From assembly GCF_001194135.2 (NCBI RefSeq), contig NC_068987.1, forward strand, positions 44,257,750 through 44,321,749: a DNA stretch of 64,000 nt, written 5' to 3'. The translations under genes were made by a program, and so were the position numbers. Positions 1 through 10,800 of this stretch are shown here, piece by piece. Position 1 is the stretch's first letter. Every line of letters starts with the position of its first letter. Source of the stretch: Octopus bimaculoides. Lineage: Eukaryota. The notes beneath the pieces are model-generated. The model was not told where the DNA came from. It did not search any database and saw only the letters and a program-made list of their open reading frames with translations.

Positions 1-1500
1 GCTCTAACAGAATCAAGATATAAGGCTAGGTTAGTATATATACCTAGGAACGAAATAAAGGAACGTATGAGTGGAAACATGGCTTCGAACCCAGCAGTTA
101 CTGATAACAAGGACAGTATAATAAGAGGAAAAACCACCGCAAGGGAAGTGCGAACTCTGCTAACAACGCTTGGAATCGCTATAGTGCAAGTAGTCGTATA
201 ATGGGCCGAATTACAAATATAGATAATACTAATATAGGCAAACGAGATAACAAAAGTGCAATTAAATCCCCTAGAAAAACTGATAATCTATGCAATACTA
301 GGTTGGGGACCAAAAATAAGAGCAATCCCCTTAATGAAAAGAATATATCGATTGATGCTGATAGAGGCAAGAACTGCAGCAAAATTGCAGATAAACCTAA
401 AAAGACAGATAATTTGCATGAAAATAAGCCAAGTTTCAAAAATATTAATGACCCACACAAAAAAATATGAATAAATCGAGAACTATACTGTGGTTTAATG
501 CAATATTAGGTATGCAGATAAATACTAACATTCCCGCAAGATTTTTCACCACATTGGATAAGCATTTCTCAAAATCGAGTAAGTTCAGTAGGATCTTCAA
601 TTGGCACACGAGTAGATTTGCATTTTCCACATACAACAATTCCGAGAATGTCTGAATTCCATGATAAAAACGTTAGTAAAGTAGATAAAAAATACTAATC
701 ATAACGATAACAAACACGAACAACGAGCAAAACATATAAATAGTGAATCTTCAGCCAATAGGGTAGGTAGAGTTAATATCACTAAAAATCTTTGAAGCAG
801 TAGGAAGAAAATGTGCCCTCTTAACGGATAGTGATTGAGGAGAAATATAGTGTACAGATATATAAGGTTGCATCAGGTAGGATTTCACACTGTTATATAG
901 GAGCCTATAAGGCGGCGAGCGGGCAGAATCGTTAGCACGCCAGGTTAAATGCTTAGCGTCATTTCGTCCGTTCACGCTCTGAGTTCAAATTACACCGAGG
1001 CTAACTTTGCCTTTCATCCTTTTGAGGTTGATAAAATAAGTACAAGTTGAGCACTGGGGTCGATGTAATCGTCTTACCCCCTCCCCCGAAATTTTTGGCC
1101 TTGTGCCAAAATTTGAAATCGTTATATTGGAGCCTGCCCAACTACCTTCAAGGCAAGATTAGGTAATCACCTAGCTTCCTTCAAATATAGAGAGAAAATG
1201 CATAGTACAAGCTTAAGTGGGTTTATTTGGTCCCTAAAGGATAGAAACACTAACTGTGATATAAAATGGGATTTAATTGGCGGACGAACCCTATGTAATT
1301 GTAAGTAAGAATTGAAATTGATGCCTGGAAGAAATATTCCATGTTTTCATGTCTGAATACCAATTATTAGACAATAGCCAAGAATTAGCCCTGAAATACG
1401 CACATCATCACAGAAAAACATTTAAATGTTTCCCTAGAAAGGATTTTTCATTACGTATCACACAGACTGGTGATACTGAGAGTTTACATGGACAATATTA
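1..1500 (+). mobile_element. Penelope-like element, 3' half (RT thumb end, linker, C-terminal GIY-YIG endonuclease); CxC-x4/5-C linker type (Hydra-clade-like); decayed
   Basis: Frame 1 begins ALTESRYKARLVY. 467-655 reads SRTILWFN..TNIPARFFTTLDKHF..FSRIFN. 793-860 reads *SSRKKMCPLNG**LRRNIVY. After the SINE it reads YIGACPTTFKARLGNHLASFKY..STSLSGFIWSLKD..IKW..PY..SKN*N*CLEE. It has several stops and frameshifts. Confidence 0.9.
911..1120 (+). mobile_element. tRNA-derived SINE (GGCGGCGAGCTGGCAG family) inserted in the PLE
   Basis: Head ggcggcgagcgggcagaatcgttagc, B-box-like gagttcaaat, tail ggccttgtgccaaa. Flanked by a 15-bp TSD with 1 mismatch: gttatataggagcct (892-906) and gttatattggagcct (1121-1135). 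Homologous copies at 7746 and 40215. Confidence 0.9.
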
Positions 1501-2381
1501 GTGAATTAACTAGTTTGCCTTTATATTCTATTAGTAAATTATATCCCACTCCAATTGTTTTTGATATTTTTTTATCGTAACCTGGTCACAGGTTATGCTC
1601 ATGTCAGTCAATAAACAGACTTTATTGTTTTGGTCTTTCACAACAATATCTGGTTTATTTGCTCTGATAGTCCGGTCTGTACCTACTAGAAAATCCCAAA
1701 GAATCGTTACATTTTCTCCCTCAGTTACAGCCTCAGGGTGATGTTTGTACCATTTGTTGTTGTTTTTTTACCTGTTTCCCAAGCGATTCATATATCGACT
1801 CGCTCGCGACTTCAACTATTTATCCTAACACTTCACATATGGAATACTCTGTCAGATATCTTGGAGGATGTTATCTACATTTAGATCTAAGGTTGATTTG
1901 CATAGTTAAAAATTCTGATTTCACTGTAGGTGGAAATAATTTACTATATTATGAACAATACTTCGGCCTTACAAGTAAATTCTGTGTATCTTATACTTAC
2001 TTTAAAATTCTATTTGACTTAATGACCTTTAATGCATACATCTATCACGGAAACTATTCCTATTTGATCCGCTTAAAGCCAGTAGATGAAATATGTTTTG
2101 AGTGAGAGATTTGTCGATCCAAAAGTTGAGTTATTTCTCATAGCTAATTAAATCTTTTGATTAATTATATATAAATTCCTTCCTCCTGGGACGTGAATTT
2201 CGAAAAACAAATCCGTTTTTTTTCTCGAGGACGCACCGTTTTCTCTATTACACAACTTTGTAAATGAACAATCTGGTCTGATTGTTTTAATGGCCTACTA
2301 ATGTATACAGTGCATTTCTCTATCCTAGGTGTCAGGAAAACACTCTGCAAGAAATGGAAACAATTGAAAGATGACAATGAA

Positions 2382-2449
<68 letters not shown>

Positions 2450-2553
2450 CAATAATAATAATAATAATAACAACAACAACAACGACGACAACGAGACGAT
2501 GATTACAACGACGACGACGACGACGACTACGATGATGATGATGATGATGATGA
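2382..2553. repeat. Compound microsatellite (AAT)n-(AAC)n-(GAC)n-(GAT)n
   Basis: Read directly from the sequence. Confidence 0.98.
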
Positions 2554-2599
2554 AAAGTATTAATGATAATGGAAAGTAACAGTAGGAGATAGGGAAACC

Positions 2600-3432
2600 A
2601 AAAAGCCAAATGAAGTTAAAAACCAGAAAAAAGAACAGTTATATGACTGGCAAGAGAAAGCTTTGCATGGTAGATTTTCAAAGAAAGCGGCAAAAACAGT
2701 TATAGGGAGGCATAGCTGTGGTTGCAGAAAGGAAGGCTGAAAAAGGAGATAGAGAGTTTGTTAGTAGCAGCACAAGATCAAGCATTGAAGACTAATTGGA
2801 TAAAAACCAAGATAGAAAAAAAAACAGGTAGATTCTCAATGTAGGTTATATAAATCAAGAAAGGAAATTGTTACTTGTATAGTAAATGAATGTAGCAAGA
2901 AAAGACATGAAAACCTAGAAAGAATAATCCACTGGGAGTTATGTAGAAAGCTAGACCAAACTGATAAGTGGCATGAACATGAACCCAGTAAAATGCTAAA
3001 AAGTAAGAAATATAAGAAGTTGTAGGTCTTCAATATTCAGACTGACAGAATAATAAAAGTTAGAAGGCCTAATTTAGTAGTCGTAGACAAAGAGAATAGA
3101 AAGTGCCAGATAATTGACTTAACAGTCCCAAATGATGAGAAGGTCAATATGAGAAGTATAGAGAAAGTAGCAAAGTACTTGGACTTAACCATTGAGTTAC
3201 AGAGGCTATGTAGTTATAGGTGCATTAGCAGCTATCCCTAAAGATTTGAATAGATGGATAAAGGAAATAGACATAAAACCTAGTTTAGTGCAGCTTCAGA
3301 AAACAGTGTTATTAGGGACAGCTAGGATAGTTAGAAAGGTTCTTGGCATCCGAGGTTACTTGTAACCTGATGTTTGGAATATTTCCAACAGTCTAATCTG
3401 TTGTGCGTACATGAAATAATAATGAAAATAAT
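2600..3432 (+). mobile_element. R4/Dong-clade non-LTR retrotransposon, 3' end (zinc knuckle, restriction-like endonuclease, 3'UTR, AAT tail)
   Basis: Reads EKALHGRF, LVAAQDQALKTNWIK, IIHWELCRK, IQTDRIIKVRRPNLVVVDKENRKCQIIDLTVPND, LQKTVLLGTARIVRKVL. Ends in aataataatgaaaataat. Confidence 0.9.
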
Positions 3433-3439
3433 GTACGCT

Positions 3440-3740
3440 TGAACAGAACTCCATCATTCCACAATCTCAAAAATGTTGTAAAAGAAATTCTTATGGGTGC
3501 AAAGACTAGTTACTCATAAATATAATGATTTTAAAAAATTGCCGCAGCAAAAACAAGAACCTGAGTACGTATGGATAGACTACAGGAAAGCCCTTGATTT
3601 GTATAAGATCTTGATTTGTATAAGATCTTGATTTGTATAAGATCTTCCCTGTCCTCTCTTACGAAATAGCATGGCCAAATGGAACACACGTCTCTTTCTA
3701 AGCCATAGGAATAATTTGATGAGCCAATCCAATAGCATCA
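3440..3740 (+). mobile_element. R4/Dong-clade RT fragment (motif 2a to A), fused to the next copy
   Basis: Reads IIPQSQKCCKRNSYGCKD*LLIN, WIDYRKA, MAKWNTRLFL. At about 3740 it jumps back to RT domain 0 of another copy. Confidence 0.75.
3593..3646. repeat. 17-bp tandem repeat x3 (cttgatttgtataagat)
   Basis: Three exact units at 3593-3609, 3610-3626 and 3627-3643. Confidence 0.95.
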
Positions 3741-5450
3741 ACAAGGTCCCCAACTTTTGGCTGAAATACTTCACCAGTATCCATACTCACATGACAGCAG
3801 CATTTAACTTGATAATAAGCAAGCCAGAACCAACACCAAACTGGATGCCGGAAGGACAAAAAACAGGCACCACACACCCACAAAACTGTGGGCCAACTAC
3901 ATGCCTATCAACAACTTATAAAACCCTCACATCAATTATCTATAACTGGCTTGTAACACACCTAGAAAACAACTATGTTTTGCTAGAACAAAAGAGATAC
4001 CGGAAAGATATGTGTGGTTGTAAAAAGCAACTTCTGGTGAATTGAGTCATTATAGGTCTGTAAAAAGTGAAACATAAACCTCAACATGACTTGGATTGAT
4101 TACCTGAAAATTCGACAGTGTCCCACACTCATGGATCCACACAAATAGAGAGGCTCCAATACTACTAAAATTTATCTACCATGCAATGGCAAACTGGTAA
4201 ACCAGCATACTAATGAAAATTTCATCACAAATCATTAAAACCTGCCCAATACCCATAAGAACAGGAATTTTCCAAGGAGACACGTTGTTCCCACCCCACC
4301 CCCGGCCTTTCTACCATGCCCTGACCTTGCTAACAAACATGTTAAATGAAACCACCATGGGTTATTGATGCTATGGACAAACTGTAAGTCATCTCCTCTA
4401 TATGGATGACTTAAAATCTCACTAAAAATACCATTGAACAGAAATCCCTTTTAAAGAATCATCCATAGCTTCAGTAAGAATATCAGAATGAGCGTGGGAT
4501 TGGACAAATGTGCCAAAGTGACATTGAGAATAAGCAAATTAATCAACACTGAAAATGTTGCATTCTACATAGAAACAAAAATCAGAGAATTAGACCACAA
4601 TCGCTCATACGTTAGGAGAGAATATTACAGAAGAGTTAGACTAATAATAAACTCTGAACTCGAAGCTAAAAATAAGATAGTAGGAATAAACACGCTAGCC
4701 ATACCAGTTGTGAATAGGAGCTTCAACGTAATAAACTGAAAGATTAGTGAATTGATAAACTTAGATAGAAAAACCAGGAAACTGTTAATAGCGTACTGAA
4801 GTCATCAACCCAAAGCAGACGCAGACAGAATATATCTATCCCTCTCTACCTGACACAGATAGAGAACTACTATAAAATAATAAGTTGGACTAGAAAAATC
4901 CTTAGAAACAAAAGTGGATGACTACCACATGTAATAAAGCAGCACGAAAAAAAGAAAACGTTTTCCTCTATACATAGGGAAGCAACAAAATGCAAAACAG
5001 AAACAAACTACACTGAAACGTTGATCTCAGATGGCAACATAGTAGAAATGGTCCAAGACACAAAAAAACTACAAAACGTACTAAAGGAGAAACGGAGAGA
5101 AAAACCACTTCATGGCCAATACCCTACAAAGCTTGACAGCATTGGCTCAAAAATCTCTGGACTAAAAGCAGGAACGGAAGGACTGATTCTCGCTGCACAA
5201 GACCAATGCCAGACCACATACATGTATAAAAGCAAAATAATGAAAACAGACCCGAAACCAAATGCAGAATGTGAAACCAGCACAATGAGACAGTCGGTCA
5301 TATCATCTCTGGCTGCCCAGTCCTTGCCAAATCTGAATATATATAGACATGACGAGTAAGTAGTTTTATCCACTGGACAATACGCCAACACTAGAACGTA
5401 AAACTAATAATAAAAAGTACAAACATGTATCAAACAACGTAGATGTTCGC
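3740..5450 (+). mobile_element. R4/Dong-clade retrotransposon RT and downstream region, decayed
   Basis: Reads KVPNFWLK..NWMPEG..TTYKTLTSII..GCKKQLLVN, FDSVPHSW, GIFQGDT, SHLLYMDDLK, GLDKCAKV, EKPLHGQY, GLKAGTEGLILAAQDQ. Confidence 0.9.
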
Positions 5451-5454
5451 GACA

Positions 5455-6330
5455 CTTTTCAAGAAGGCGGGCGACAAATATCATGTCAGAACTACCTGTT
5501 TTGGTCAAAATTAACATTGCGACTTGGGCATAACCAGGTTGACAACATGAAATAGATGTCGGAGCAGAATAAGTGAGAGGGTCTTGCCGGTATTATCCAG
5601 AAAAAATATCCTCCTACTGTTCCCGCACTATATACAGTCTCCCTTGTGCTTGTAAATAGTGACAATATTGTAGTGTTTTTACCTGTCAGGAATAGTCTTC
5701 CCCTACTAACAGAGAACAAACAAAGAGTGATATGAGATGTGAAGTGAAACCCGCCACACTTGTAAATCTCACCTGAGATCCCATCGTCGCCAGCAGACTT
5801 CTTTTGAGAGAGAAGATGGCCTATTAGACCTCATCAAGTGTTGGGGGAGTTGTCAAGCTCTGTCGGAATAGGAAGATCTGGAATGTTTTTGAGTGTCATG
5901 AGGGTTGACTCGATTCAGAAGTTCTGAAAAATGTTCACACCACCTGTGAAGTATCGTACTTTTCTCTTTCAATAAGGTGCCATTGAATGATCTCACTGGA
6001 GCAGTCACCTTTCCGCATGAGCCGAAGATTCTTGTTTTGTTTTTGTTTTCAAAACGTTGAATTTCTTCCGTCATTCGAAACCACCAATTATTTTGAGCAT
6101 TTCTGGGGTCACATTGTACGGTGGCACGAACATCCTTCCATTTTTGGCACATACCTGCAGAACCGGGTTTGGCTTGAACAGCGTCGTGAAGCTGTATGAT
6201 CACGGCCGATTCATCAAACCAGTCGTGGTTGCGACCCGTAGTCGTCATAAGGGCTGGCAGTGTCTTGTGGAGCATTGTGGGATGCGTCCTAGGGGTTGTT
6301 GATTTCTGTCCATCGAATGATCAGATCGTA
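5455..6330 (-). mobile_element. RTE-clade (BovB-like) LINE fragment (EN-RT linker and RT start)
   Basis: Minus strand reads GRNHDWFDE..NNWW..EEIQRF..GTLLKEKSTILHRWCEHFSELLNR, then IVTIYKHKGDCI*CGNSR and VMPKSQC, matching the RTE RT N-terminus. Confidence 0.85.
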
Positions 6331-6339
6331 GCACAGATG

Positions 6340-7313
6340 ATCAAGACATCCTTATGACCCCTTTGTTGAACAGGATTTGGATCGAGGATGCATCCAGGAG
6401 ACTTTGTGGATTGTTGGGAGCTGGAAAACTGTGCTGCAATATCAATAGAAGCAGCAAAACATGACAAACAGAAGAAGAAAAATATGACAAACAAAAAGGG
6501 CTGCAAAAAAGCTTATAAGCAAATGGCAAGAGAAACTGCACCATGTTCAGTATCACATGCAAACATGGGAAGCAGAAAGAACACATCAGTGGCTGTGCAG
6601 TTCTGGTCTAAAGGCAGAAACTAAAGGTTTTATAATGGCATCTCAGGATCAATCTCTGCTCACAACAAATTACCAAGCAAACGTTCTCCCCTAATGGTGT
6701 TGACCCAAGCTGTAAATTACGTGATAATAGTATTGAAACTATCGACCACATTGTGGCTGGCTGCTCTAAATTAACAATAACCAGTACAAAGCCAGACATG
6801 AGCGAATAGGACAGTACCTATATTGGAACATTTGTCCTCGTTATAACATTCCCCTTACTAAAAACTGGTATAAACACTGCCCTAAACCAGTCACAGAAGG
6901 TAATAGAATTAATATTCTGTGGGACTTTACCATCCATACTGACAGACAGATAAATGCCAGTAGACCTGATATTATTATCAAAGATCATCGACAAAGCGCC
7001 TGCTATCTAATAGATATTACAGTACTAGCTGATCGAAATATCTCAGTCGAAGAATTCAAAAAGTTAGCTAAATACAAGGACCTAGAGATAGAAATCAACA
7101 GAATGTGGAAACTGAAAACAATTACTTTACCGGTAGTAGTAGGAGCATTAGGCATGGTTAAAAAAGGGGTCTTCAATCTTTATTGATAAAATACCTGATC
7201 TCAACAGCACATCTCTTGAGAAAATTCCTATCGTTGTAACATAGTTACTCGCCTTAGGTCTTAGGTAGAGACCCGGCTAGTAACTAAAATGCCCCAAAAT
7301 CAAGCTAAAATAT
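6340..7313 (+). mobile_element. R4/Dong-clade 3' end with a well-preserved RLE endonuclease
   Basis: Reads SGLKAETKGFIMASQDQSL, ETIDHIVAGCSKL, LWDFTIHTDRQINASRPDIIIKD..CYLIDITV..KLAKYKDLEIEINRMWKL. Runs into an (AAC)n(AAT)n tail. Confidence 0.9.
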
Positions 7314-7329
7314 AACAACAACAACAACG

Positions 7330-7421
<92 letters not shown>
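7314..7421. repeat. (AAC)n-(AAT)n microsatellite
   Basis: Read directly from the sequence. Confidence 0.98.
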
Positions 7422-7422
<1 letters not shown>

Positions 7423-7715
7423 CCCTGATGCAGTACCAGGCAGTGGGCTTTGAATAATTCACTTCTGGAAACATATGTGTTTCGCTCATCATCCTTAAAC
7501 AAACCTTATTCAAGGACTTTTTGAAAATTCTAACTGGGCCCCACCTCTAAGGTCATGCGCTGTTTATCTTGATATGAGATCGCCATGTCGCACACATGTG
7601 GTTGTGATGCATGTGCCTGGTATATCCTTATAAGACGGGTTGTCATGATGGATATACTGGGCTTCGTATATTTTACCTCGGTGTCACATTGATGGCATGC
7701 ACTGATCTCTCACTC
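7422..7715 (+). mobile_element. Non-coding interspersed repeat bounded by (AAT)n on both sides; probably an internally deleted non-autonomous element
   Basis: Starts gccctgatgcagtaccaggcagtgg and ends gatggcatgcactgatctctcactc, directly into (AAT)n. I recall it as a common octopus repeat but cannot verify that here. Confidence 0.55.
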
Positions 7716-7745
<30 letters not shown>

Positions 7746-7748
<3 letters not shown>

Positions 7749-7960
7749 CCTTTCTACCATAGGCACAAGGCCTGAAATTTGAGGGAGGGAATAGTCGATT
7801 ACATTGACCCCTGTACACAACTGGTACTTGATATATCGACCCCGAAAAGATGAAAGGCAAAATCGACCTCAGCGGAATTTAAACACAGAACGTAGCGACG
7901 GGCGAAATACTGCTAAGCATTTCATCCAGCGTGCTAACGATTCTGCCAGCTCACCGCCTT
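7746..7960 (-). mobile_element. tRNA-derived SINE, full length, same family as 911-1120
   Basis: Reverse complement of the ggcggtgagctggcagaatcgttagc...ggccttgtgcctatggtagaaaggatt(att)n unit. Its tail is the (AAT)n tract at 7716-7748. Confidence 0.9.
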
Positions 7961-8049
<89 letters not shown>

Positions 8050-8066
8050 TAATAATAACAATAATA
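7961..8066. repeat. (AAC)n-(AAT)n microsatellite
   Basis: Read directly from the sequence. Confidence 0.98.
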
Positions 8067-8339
8067 GCCTAGCTAGTGACAAAAACAACAATGATAAATG
8101 CACCGTGGCTACAGAAGTAAGGACAAAAGCAACGATCTTGGGTTTTCATATGCTGAGCCTGTCCACCGAAGAAGATTTACAAGTGAGCAATGAACTCTCT
8201 GAGAACTCATTCGGCATGATAGAAAGAATAGTTACATCTCTTTCAAATCACATCTAACATCGCAGAGGAAGAACAGATCAGATAGTGTAATTCTGTATGC
8301 AGCTGTCCATGTGATAAGCGCAGGGAATTGGTGCTACCA

Positions 8340-9509
8340 ATGCCCTGCATAGGCCAGTGTAACCTCTGCGTCTGTGGAAGGCCTGCGGTAAGTTACACTG
8401 GGCGACCTTGGCATCCCAAAGCTTTGGTCGGCAATCACGTTAGAGCTGGTGTTATATTTGGGGTAACCCTTTACACGAAAATCTCAAATAAACACACCCG
8501 GCGAGAAAACCCTGTAAAAATCATTCTCATTCTTTGCAATGATGACAACAATTTCGAACCCAAATACCGGCATGAACAGGAAGACTCCCTGGATATCCAA
8601 GACACCATATCTCCCGCGTCTGGTATGGGCCCCTCAGAGGGCAATGGAGTGGAAGACCAGACTTCATCCAGTTGCCTACAAAATGGTGCAGTTCCAGAGT
8701 GGATGGTAGAGGGAAAGAGAACATTGATGATGAAAGATCGGTCAAAGGGCAATGAGGTTGGCAATTATCGACCTATTGCTTGTCTTAACCTCTTATGTTG
8801 AGTATTAACAGACATCTTCGCAGGGAAAATGTATACGTAACTTGCAGAACGCAATCTCCTTCCAGTAGAACAAAAGGGATGTCGAAAATGATCCAAGGGC
8901 AACAAGGACCACCTTGTGATAGACAAGGTTGTAATGAAGAACTGTAAACGGTACCCCAAAACAACCAGCACTTAACCAAGGTAACAATCAAAACAGGTAT
9001 CTACCAGGGAGACTCTTATTCACCTTTGTTATTTGTTATAACTTTGATCCCGCTTTCTGTAATCCTACACAAAGTCAACGGGCACTATGATCTGAGAAAG
9101 AATGGATCTCGTCTCAAACGCCTCCTCTTTGTGGATGATTTAAAGGTGTTCGCAAAAATAGAGCCTGAAATGGAGAAGCTGGTTGAGACTGTACAGATAT
9201 GCAGCAAGGATACAGGGATGGAATTCGATATCTTGAAGTGTGCGGTGCTCACTTTGAAACTGGGGAAAAGAGCAGATTGTAAGGGCATAGAATTACCAAA
9301 CGGAGAAGGAATGAAAGACCTGGATGATGATAGGTACAAGTACCTTGGGATCCTGGAGATGGACAATATTTTGCACAGAGAAATGAAAGACAAGGTCATC
9401 ACTGCATATTTCAAGCGGCTTAAACTTCTCCTGAAATCAAAACTCAAATCAAGGAACCTTGTGACTGCCATCAGTATATGGGCTGTTGCTGTAGTCTGCT
9501 ATAGTGTAC
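8340..9509 (+). mobile_element. R4/Dong-clade element: probable 5'UTR and ORF start, internal deletion, then RT core
   Basis: Reads GAVPEWMVEGKRTLMMKDRSKGNEVGNYRPIACLNLL, GIYQGDS, RLLFVDDLKVFAK..MEFDILKCAVL..YKYLGILE..KRLKLLLKSKL. The 5'UTR assignment is inferred from position. Confidence 0.88.
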
Positions 9510-9989
9510 ATTTGCAGTGGAAACGCGTGAATATTCTTCGAATTCAAATTTCCTTCAAGAGTCAACGACTGTAGAATTTAAATATTTTGGTAAAGTTATA
9601 CACTTAACGGATTTTCTTTAAAGAGATTTAGAAGGAGTAAAAAGTTTCCAAAGTCATTACACAGTGTCAAATATGGATGTAGCCAAGCTAAGCTGCGGTC
9701 AGAAATTGGAGAATACTTTCCATTAAAATGGCATCCTTTACTGCTTAAGTTGATGTTTTTAAGACAGTTACTGTTCCGCAGATTCTGAGTTGCCATAGTG
9801 CAGTATTGGTAACTATTAAAGCAATGAACCCCTTAAACCACAACTCAGAAAAATGTCCATAGACTTTGTTCGACTCAAGTAACCCAGATTTTTTAAAATT
9901 CACATCCCTTAGTTAGAGTACAACATATCAGAAAATGTAGCCTCTTTTCCGAACAAATTAAAAACAACGCTTGTGTGGGTATTCATTAA

Positions 9990-10800
9990 GATAGGCTTTC
10001 CTTTCTCAAATGGAAGCATGCTGTTGAGCAAAAGGTGCTCTGGCTATTCACCAGATGCCCCAGCTCCATGTCACAGCTGTTTCTGAGTGGAGCAAGGAAT
10101 ATATTTCTCCATGTGCTATCGCGGTAGACGAAAATTATATGAAGTTCGTGAAAATAGGCAATCACTGTCTGTTTGGCGTCTGTTTTACATTTACAGTACT
10201 GCAACAGATTTCTCAAAGAAAATGTGAACGTCATGAACAAAGGTGTGGAAATGTGTCAGAAATAATGGCTCTACCTTCGATACATGATCATATCATCATG
10301 GACCAAATAATGGAAGGTCAAAATATATTTATATCTTGGTATTCAGAACGAGAAAGATAGCTCAAGATGAAACAAAGCACATTTCGGAAACTGAATAACT
10401 CTCATCTGTTCTGCGTTACATTCTTTACAATACTGTCTGTGAAGAATTTATTGATTGTCGAACAGCTTTTGAATTCTGTTTCGCTTCTGCAGTACATATT
10501 GTTGGTGCTGAATTCTAATGGTCTTGATATTCAGTAATGTATTGTCCAGTGCTATAAGGATGTCTTGATCATGAATACGAAAATCGTTGATGTTTAACCA
10601 AAGCTGCATTTCGTTGTCTTCTTTGTCCACTGTTGTGTAAATCCCATTTCTACGGCCATCGATGATGTCTGATTGTGTAAAAAATCTAAATACTATCTGA
10701 CAGATTTTTACCATATTGCAGCAACTCTATCTGTACATGCCTTGGTCCACTGAGCATCAGTACTTCATGAAGTTACAGAAACAAAAAGCTAGGCGACTAG
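9990..10800 (-). mobile_element. Very degraded RTE-type apurinic endonuclease region
   Basis: Frameshifted pieces RRNG..VDK..RNAAL, SAPTICTAE and WRNIF..CDMELGH align loosely with BovB-like EN motifs (RRNGVA, VYAPT..AE, SDH). Confidence 0.35.

Noticed and set aside
1660-1700. Possible hammerhead ribozyme core near the PLE 3' end (ctgatag..gaaaat); also 7480-7495 (-) and 29518-29555
   Set aside because: None has an intact CUGANGA/GAAA core with a closing stem II.
2165-2609. Poly-Leu, poly-Asn, poly-Ile, VCVC, THTH and YIYI ORFs throughout the window
   Set aside because: They are translations of simple repeats, with no evidence of coding function.
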